From Clostridia bacterium (lineage in GTDB: Bacteria > Bacillota > Clostridia > Oscillospirales > CAG-382): DNA of 64,000 nt. Below the pieces are notes generated by a model that did not search any database, was not told where the DNA came from, and was given only the letters and a program-made list of their open reading frames with translations. Location of the stretch: NCBI GenBank assembly GCA_017620655.1, contig JAGAUT010000034.1, forward strand, positions 2,334 through 66,333, read 5' to 3'. A program made the translations under genes and the position numbers. How positions within the stretch are numbered: position 1 is the first letter of the stretch; each line of letters opens with the position of its first letter. Positions 58,450-64,000 of this stretch are shown in pieces.

Positions 58450-59394
58450 TCAGATTTCGGGAGAAAGCATATCTCCCAAAGCTATTTTTCTGCCGTTGAT
58501 AAGGTCTACCGCATTCATAACGCCCTTGCCCTCGGGCTTCACTTTTGTAAGAAGCACTGCACCGTCGCGGCACTTTACAAGTATTCCGTCTTTGGAAAGA
58601 GCTATTACCTCACCGTTCTTTCCGTCTTTTGCTTCATCTTTATAAAGGCTTGACTCGCAAAGCTTTAGCATTTTTCTGTCATGGTAACAGAATGCTCCCG
58701 GAAAGGGATAAAGACCTCTTATCTTATTATGCACAATCCAAGCGTTATCATCAAAGGAAACAGCACACTCTTCCTTGAAAATCTTTTCGGCGTAGGTGGC
58801 TTTGCTGTCATCCTGTTTTACCGGCGTGATTGTACCCTTTTCAAGTCCGTCGAGGGTTTCGAGAAGGAGTTCTGCTCCGATTTTTGCCAAATCGTCAAAA
58901 GCCTCTCCCGTATTTGTATTTTCACCGATTTCATATTCTCTTGTGAGAAGCATATCTCCCGTATCAAGACCCTTATCCATGTACATGGTGGTAACGCCTG
59001 TTACCTTTTTGCCGTCGATTACGGCTCTCTGTATGGGAGATGCACCCCTGTATTCGGGAAGAAGCGAACCGTGTACGTTTATACAACCGTATTTCGGGAA
59101 CCTCAGCACATATTCAGGAAGAATCTTGCCGTATGCAACAACCACGATAATATCGGGATTCAGTTCTTCAAGAAGTCCTTTGATTGCCTCATCTTTAAGG
59201 GTTTCCGGCTGATATACCGGAAGTTCCTTTTCGAGTGCATATCTTTTAACATCACAATACTGCACCTTCATGCCTCTGCCCTTCTGTTTGTCGGGCTGGC
59301 TGATTACACCCACAACATTCTGTCCGTTTTCAACAAGGGCTTTCAGACAAGCCTCGGCAAAATCTGGTGTACCCATAAATAAAATCTTAAGCAT
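58450..59394 (-). CDS. fmt: Methionyl-tRNA formyltransferase
   Basis: FMGTPDFA, NVHGSLLP.YRGASPI, GLDTGD. Confidence 0.97.
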   Translation of the reverse strand: MLKILFMGTPDFAEACLKALVENGQNVVGVISQPDKQKGRGMKVQYCDVKRYALEKELPVYQPETLKDEAIKGLLEELNPDIIVVVAYGKILPEYVLRFPKYGCINVHGSLLPEYRGASPIQRAVIDGKKVTGVTTMYMDKGLDTGDMLLTREYEIGENTNTGEAFDDLAKIGAELLLETLDGLEKGTITPVKQDDSKATYAEKIFKEECAVSFDDNAWIVHNKIRGLYPFPGAFCYHDRKMLKLCESSLYKDEAKDGKNGEVIALSKDGILVKCRDGAVLLTKVKPEGKGVMNAVDLINGRKIALGDMLSPEI

Positions 59395-59406
59395 TATTTA
59401 CCTCAT

Positions 59407-59880
59407 TTATTCGTCGTCGCTGGTCATTTCATACGCCTTATCAACATAGAGAATACCGTCAAGGTGGTCATATTCATGGCAGAGGCATCTCGCCATAAGC
59501 TCGGTGCCGGTATATGTGAAGCGATTGCCGTTTCTGTCGGTAGCTTCTACTGTTACCTTATTCGGTCTCTTGACGTTGCCCTGTCTGCCGGGAACAGAAA
59601 GACATCCCTCTGCTCCGTCCTGCTCTCCGCTTGTTTCAAGGATAACGGGGTCGATAAATTCAACAAATTCTTCTCTGCCCTCTTCAATACCTACATTTAT
59701 GATGAAAATTCGTCTGAGAATTCCTACCTGAGGTGCGGCAAGGCCAACGCCCTCGGCATCGCGGAGGGTATCCTGCATATCATCAAGAAGTGCTTTTGTT
59801 CTGTCGTTGGGAGTGCCGACTTCTCTTGATACCTTTCTGAGAAGCGGATCCTCGTCTGTTACTATCTTTCTGAGTGCCAT
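59407..59880 (-). CDS. def: Peptide deformylase
   Basis: GVGLAAPQ, EGCLS, HEYDH. Confidence 0.97.
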   Translation of the reverse strand: MALRKIVTDEDPLLRKVSREVGTPNDRTKALLDDMQDTLRDAEGVGLAAPQVGILRRIFIINVGIEEGREEFVEFIDPVILETSGEQDGAEGCLSVPGRQGNVKRPNKVTVEATDRNGNRFTYTGTELMARCLCHEYDHLDGILYVDKAYEMTSDDE

Positions 59881-59898
59881 TTTATATAGCCTCCTGTT

Positions 59899-62424
59899 TT
59901 ACAAATTCTGCGGATTCACGTCAGCTGATATGCTGACATTTTTAAGTCCGCCCATATATTTCATCAAAAGACTTGAAATCATATTTCTCATCTCTTTATT
60001 GTTTACGCATTTGATTAAATATCTCATTCTGTATCGGCCTGCAATTTTATACACATCGTTTCTGAAAGGGCCGTAGAGAATGAACTTTGTGCCTTCAAAC
60101 TGAGTTTTCGCCGCCTCATCAAGACCCAAGCCGAACTGCTTTGCGGCATTTATGACATCGTTTTCGATTTCACCCGAGAAGGTGATTGTCACAATGTCGC
60201 AGAAGGGAGGAAATACAGAGGCTTTTCTGAAAAGTATTTCCCTCTCGTAAAACTGTTCGTAGTCCTGCTTTGAGCAAAGTCCAAGCACATCGTTGTCAGG
60301 GTTATAGGTCTGGATTACGGCTCTTCCCCGCTTTTCGCTTCTTCCGCTTCTGCCGAGAACCTGTGTAAGAAGCGAGAATGTTTTCTCGTTTGCACGGAAG
60401 TCATTCATATAAAGCGAAGTGTCGGCGTTGATTACACCCACAAGAGACACATCGGGAAAGTCGTGTCCCTTAGCCACCATCTGAGTGCCGACAAGCACAT
60501 CCGCCTCTTTATTTCTGAACTTATCCAAGATTTCTTCATGAGAGAATTTTCCGCCGGTTGTGTCGGCATCCATTCTGAGTATTCTCATGTTGGGAAACAT
60601 TTTTGAAAGCTGATTTTCAAGCAGCTGTGTGCCTGCACCCATATACACAATGCTGTCGCTCTTTTTACATACGGGACACGCTTCGGGCATTGGTTCGGAG
60701 TGACCGCAGTAATGGCAGGTCATGGTATCTCTGCCGTAGCGTTTATTCCTGTGGTGAGTAAGAGTTACGGAGCATGACGGACACTGGAAAGTATGTCCGC
60801 AGGAATGGCACTGGGCAAAGGAGCGGAAACCGCGTCGGTTGATAAAGAGTATGGACTGTTCTCCGTTTACCAAGTTTTCTGCAAGCTCTGCCTCGAGGGT
60901 GGAACCCACCGTTGTAGGAATACCGCCTGCGATTCTTTCGTCCTCGTTTTCGTCAAAGCCGCCCTTGACTTCAAAGTAGGGTTCATTCCTCATGTCATGG
61001 AAAACAACCTCGGGAAGCTTTATTCCACCGTACCTTTCGGTAAGGCTGACAAGGGTATATTTTCCCATTTTTGCCTTATAGTAGCTGTCAATGCCGGGGG
61101 TTGCCGATGCAAGAAGCAAAAGTGCTTTATTATATGCACAGCGGAACCTCGCAATGTCCCTTGCATGATATTTCGGAGATTTGTCAGACTTGAACGAGCC
61201 TTCCTGCTCCTCGTCAATAACAATAAGTCCCAGATTTTTAACAGGTGCAAATACCGCCGACCTTGTTCCTATAACTATTTTTGCCTTACCCTCGTTAATA
61301 GACTTATATGCATCAAGTCTTTCGCCTGCCGAGAGTCCCGAATGTATAAGCGCTATTCTGTCACCGAAAACGGACGTGAATCTACCGACGGTCTGACCCG
61401 TGAGGGCAATTTCCGGCACGAGTACAATTACGTTCTTTCCGTCGTCTATTACTCTTTCGATAAGCTTCAGCATGACATTCGTCTTGCCGGAGCCGGTAAC
61501 GCCGTGAAGCAGCGCCGCCGCAGCCTCATCCTTTTTATATAGGGACAACAGCACATCGAGGGCGTCTTTCTGCATTTCCGAAAGTTCAAAATTCTTTGAA
61601 TAGCCTTTATCTGAAAAGCCTTCGAGAAGCTCTTTGTTTCTGTCGGAATCAACCTTTACAAAGGTAATTACGCCTTTTTTTGAAAGCTCATTTATAACAG
61701 AAATTCCCGCACCCGAGATTTCGCAAAGCTCGGTTACGGGGCATGGCGATTCATATCGGAGAAGTGCTTCAAACACATTCATCTGCTTAGGTGACATCTT
61801 GAGGCTTCCGTCGGATATATCGGAAATGACACCTTCATCCTCGGAAAGCACTACATACTTTTCGCTCTTGGAGCCGACCTTGCACTCAAAGTCGTCATGG
61901 GACGAAAGAAGCTCCATTTTTTCAAGTGCTCTGACGCACGCCACAGCACCCGAGCCGAAGGTTGCTTTCAGCTGAGTTTCGCTCATCTCGCCGTTCTTCT
62001 CGATTTCGTTGAGAATGGACATCGAGGAATGATTGAGACTGAAGGAGGATACCGGCTTATCGTTTCGTGTGTACATTCTGACGTTCTTTACGCCGAGACC
62101 CGACGGAAGTACACAGCTTGCCGCATCTCCGAGGGAGCAGAAAAGATGCTCCTTCATGTATTTGCAAAGCTCCAGAAGCTCCCCGTCAACAAACATATAT
62201 TTTCCGGGAACTCCGAGAACCGGCTTTGTGGTATTGCAGTCGCATTTGTCCGATATTTCCGTCACAAGACCCAGTTTCTGCTTATTTGCTCCGCCGAAGG
62301 GCACAACGACAATACTGCCTATTTTCACTTTCTTTTCAAGCTCTATCGGCAGATGATAGCTATATGCCTTGTCAATGTGGTAGGGTGCATTGAGAATATG
62401 CACTTTGGCAAAAATCACGGACAA
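59899..62424 (-). CDS. priA: Primosomal protein N' (replication restart helicase)
   Basis: HGVTGSGKT, DEEQE, ASATP, Cys clusters, GTQMVAKG. Confidence 0.96.
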   Translation of the reverse strand: MSVIFAKVHILNAPYHIDKAYSYHLPIELEKKVKIGSIVVVPFGGANKQKLGLVTEISDKCDCNTTKPVLGVPGKYMFVDGELLELCKYMKEHLFCSLGDAASCVLPSGLGVKNVRMYTRNDKPVSSFSLNHSSMSILNEIEKNGEMSETQLKATFGSGAVACVRALEKMELLSSHDDFECKVGSKSEKYVVLSEDEGVISDISDGSLKMSPKQMNVFEALLRYESPCPVTELCEISGAGISVINELSKKGVITFVKVDSDRNKELLEGFSDKGYSKNFELSEMQKDALDVLLSLYKKDEAAAALLHGVTGSGKTNVMLKLIERVIDDGKNVIVLVPEIALTGQTVGRFTSVFGDRIALIHSGLSAGERLDAYKSINEGKAKIVIGTRSAVFAPVKNLGLIVIDEEQEGSFKSDKSPKYHARDIARFRCAYNKALLLLASATPGIDSYYKAKMGKYTLVSLTERYGGIKLPEVVFHDMRNEPYFEVKGGFDENEDERIAGGIPTTVGSTLEAELAENLVNGEQSILFINRRGFRSFAQCHSCGHTFQCPSCSVTLTHHRNKRYGRDTMTCHYCGHSEPMPEACPVCKKSDSIVYMGAGTQLLENQLSKMFPNMRILRMDADTTGGKFSHEEILDKFRNKEADVLVGTQMVAKGHDFPDVSLVGVINADTSLYMNDFRANEKTFSLLTQVLGRSGRSEKRGRAVIQTYNPDNDVLGLCSKQDYEQFYEREILFRKASVFPPFCDIVTITFSGEIENDVINAAKQFGLGLDEAAKTQFEGTKFILYGPFRNDVYKIAGRYRMRYLIKCVNNKEMRNMISSLLMKYMGGLKNVSISADVNPQNL

Positions 62425-62448
62425 ATACTCCTTTAACCTTTACTTTGA

Positions 62449-62757
62449 TTATTCTGCTTCAACCTCATTAAGAGTTGTCTTATCGTGTGCTTCCATAGCT
62501 TTGATTGTTTCTTCGGGAAGCTTTATCTGCATCTTGCCTTCGTGGAAAAGCTTAATGGCATTCTTTACGGGCTTGTTGTTGAAATCAAGCTCGATTTCGT
62601 TGTTCATGCTGTAAAGCATATCTGCATCATCTGCATGTTCTTTTGCAAAGTTTTCTCTGTCAGTTACATACTTTGCACCCTTTGCCGCCATCATAACAAG
62701 CATATATCTGTTGTAAGTGTTTCCTTTGGAAAGTTCTGCGATTGAAGGTTTTACCAT
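62449..62757 (-). CDS. rpoZ: RNA polymerase omega subunit
   Basis: KPSIAEL...NRYMLVMMAAKGA, KPVKNAI; position after gmk. Confidence 0.85.
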   Translation of the reverse strand: MVKPSIAELSKGNTYNRYMLVMMAAKGAKYVTDRENFAKEHADDADMLYSMNNEIELDFNNKPVKNAIKLFHEGKMQIKLPEETIKAMEAHDKTTLNEVEAE

Positions 62758-62797
62758 TTTAAATTTCTCCTTTTGTTGTTATGTAATAATGTTTTTA

Positions 62798-63412
62798 TCA
62801 GTTAAAAAATTCTTCTACGCTGCCGTACATGTTAACGGGTCTGAAATTCTCAGCCCTGACGGCAGAAACGATATCTTCAGCACAGTTTTCTGCACCGCCC
62901 TGTCTGTTTATGACAATGTAGTCATACATAAGACAGCATTTGATTTCCCTTTCGGCAATGGCAAGACGGTTTGCGATTACACTTTCCTCCTCTGTGCCTC
63001 TGCCTCTGAGTCTGTCCTCAAGCACCTTTCTGCTTTCAGGTGCGATAAATACAAAGACTGCATCGGGAACAAGCTTCTTTATCTGCATTGCACCCTTGAC
63101 TTCGATTTCAAGAATTACATTTTTGCCCTCGGAAAGCATTTTTTCCACGAAGAACTTGGGTGTTCCGTAGTAGTTGCCGTTGTACTCGGCATATTCGATA
63201 AGCTCGCCGCCGGCAATCATTGCTTCAAATTCTTCTCTTTGCTTGAAGAAGTATGTAACGCCGTCTTCGTCAATGTCTCTGGGTTTTCTTGTGGTAGCCG
63301 AAACAGAATATACAAAATCGTCTCTTTTCAGAACGTATTCAAGCACCGTTCCTTTTCCGACCCCCGAAGGGCCGGACACTACAACAAGACGTCCTTTTGT
63401 GTTGTTACTCAT
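62798..63412 (-). CDS. gmk: Guanylate kinase
   Basis: SGPSGVGKGT, SATTRKPR, YYGTP, LEIEVKGA. Confidence 0.97.
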   Translation of the reverse strand: MSNNTKGRLVVVSGPSGVGKGTVLEYVLKRDDFVYSVSATTRKPRDIDEDGVTYFFKQREEFEAMIAGGELIEYAEYNGNYYGTPKFFVEKMLSEGKNVILEIEVKGAMQIKKLVPDAVFVFIAPESRKVLEDRLRGRGTEEESVIANRLAIAEREIKCCLMYDYIVINRQGGAENCAEDIVSAVRAENFRPVNMYGSVEEFFN

Positions 63413-63671
63413 CTGCCTCATCCTCCGCATTGTCGGCACCGCCTGCAATTCTCGACTGAATTGTCTCACTGGTAAGCGCCGACAGAATTATGTGACCGCT
63501 GTCGGATACAATAACACTTCTTGTCTTTTTGCCGCCTGTTGCATCAACAAGCTTGCCTGTGCCTCTTGTGTCCTGAACGAGTCTCTTTATGGGTGCGGCA
63601 TCGGGGCTTACAACCGAGACAATCCTCGATGTGTTTACCATGTTGCCGTAGCCTATGTTTACAAGTTTCAT
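63405..63671 (-). CDS. remA: RemA / DUF370 family regulator
   Basis: NIGYGNMV...DATGGKKTRSVI...ILSA. Confidence 0.92.
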   Translation of the reverse strand: MKLVNIGYGNMVNTSRIVSVVSPDAAPIKRLVQDTRGTGKLVDATGGKKTRSVIVSDSGHIILSALTSETIQSRIAGGADNAEDEADE

Positions 63672-63802
63672 TCTGTTTTCTCCTTTTTTAATCACTTTGC
63701 AGCTTACCTTAATGGCAGCAAAGTGACGCCGTCACCTCGTGGCATATCACTTCGGTTAGCAGTTACATACTCCGAAGTTGTCAGTGCGGACTCCGCACCC
63801 GC

Positions 63803-64000
63803 TTACTCTATATTTTGTACCTGTTCGCGGATTTTTTCAACCTCGCTCTTGGCGTCAACAACAACCTTGGCAATATCTGCATCGTTGCACTTGGAGCCTG
63901 TGGTATTAATCTCACGATTGATTTCCTGAAGTAAAAAGTCGAGCTTTCTTCCGCAAGGCTCATTGCCTGTTTCTTTGATAATCCTTGTAAACTGGTCAAT
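63803..64000 (-). CDS. yicC: YicC/YloC family endoribonuclease, 3' end only
   Basis: Translated by hand: ...GRKLDFLLQEINREINTTGSKC...EKIREQVQNIE*; truncated by the window edge and absent from the ORF track. Confidence 0.93.
   Translation of the reverse strand: MDQFTRIIKETGNEPCGRKLDFLLQEINREINTTGSKCNDADIAKVVVDAKSEVEKIREQVQNIE

Overview
A 64 kb chromosomal segment from a Firmicute of class Clostridia (probably an Oscillospirales-like lineage; taxonomy is inferred from gene content and order). Most genes lie on the minus strand and are housekeeping: yicC-remA-gmk-rpoZ-priA-def-fmt-rsmB-rlmN-stp-pknB-rsgA, a type IIA topoisomerase B subunit, mnmE, prfB, rplS, lepB, ligA, nusB-tsaD-like-xseAB, rpsF-ssb-rpsR, pheST with a Phe T-box, trmK-nif3, rqcH, murE and minD-mgsA. 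I found no rRNA, tRNA, CRISPR array, integrase or transposase. The most unusual signals are non-coding. (1) Two paralogous promoter-to-terminator structured leader RNAs (16032-16234, 25764-25930) precede unrelated accessory genes. (2) A 226-bp structured dispersed repeat occurs twice. (3) A ~110-nt element directly follows three stop codons and ends in a hairpin whose 7-nt AAACNNC loop recurs five times. (4) Several REP-like hairpin families and SD-like heptamer arrays are present. Protein-level oddities are an acyl ligase-ACP-Lnt operon in an apparent monoderm, a LytTR/DUF3021 system with its direct-repeat boxes, a prfB with the frameshift hard-coded, a lipoprotein gene broken by one in-frame TAA, a signal peptidase with a triplicated insert, and an MgsA lacking catalytic residues. 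All product calls come from recognising motifs by eye; no database search was run.
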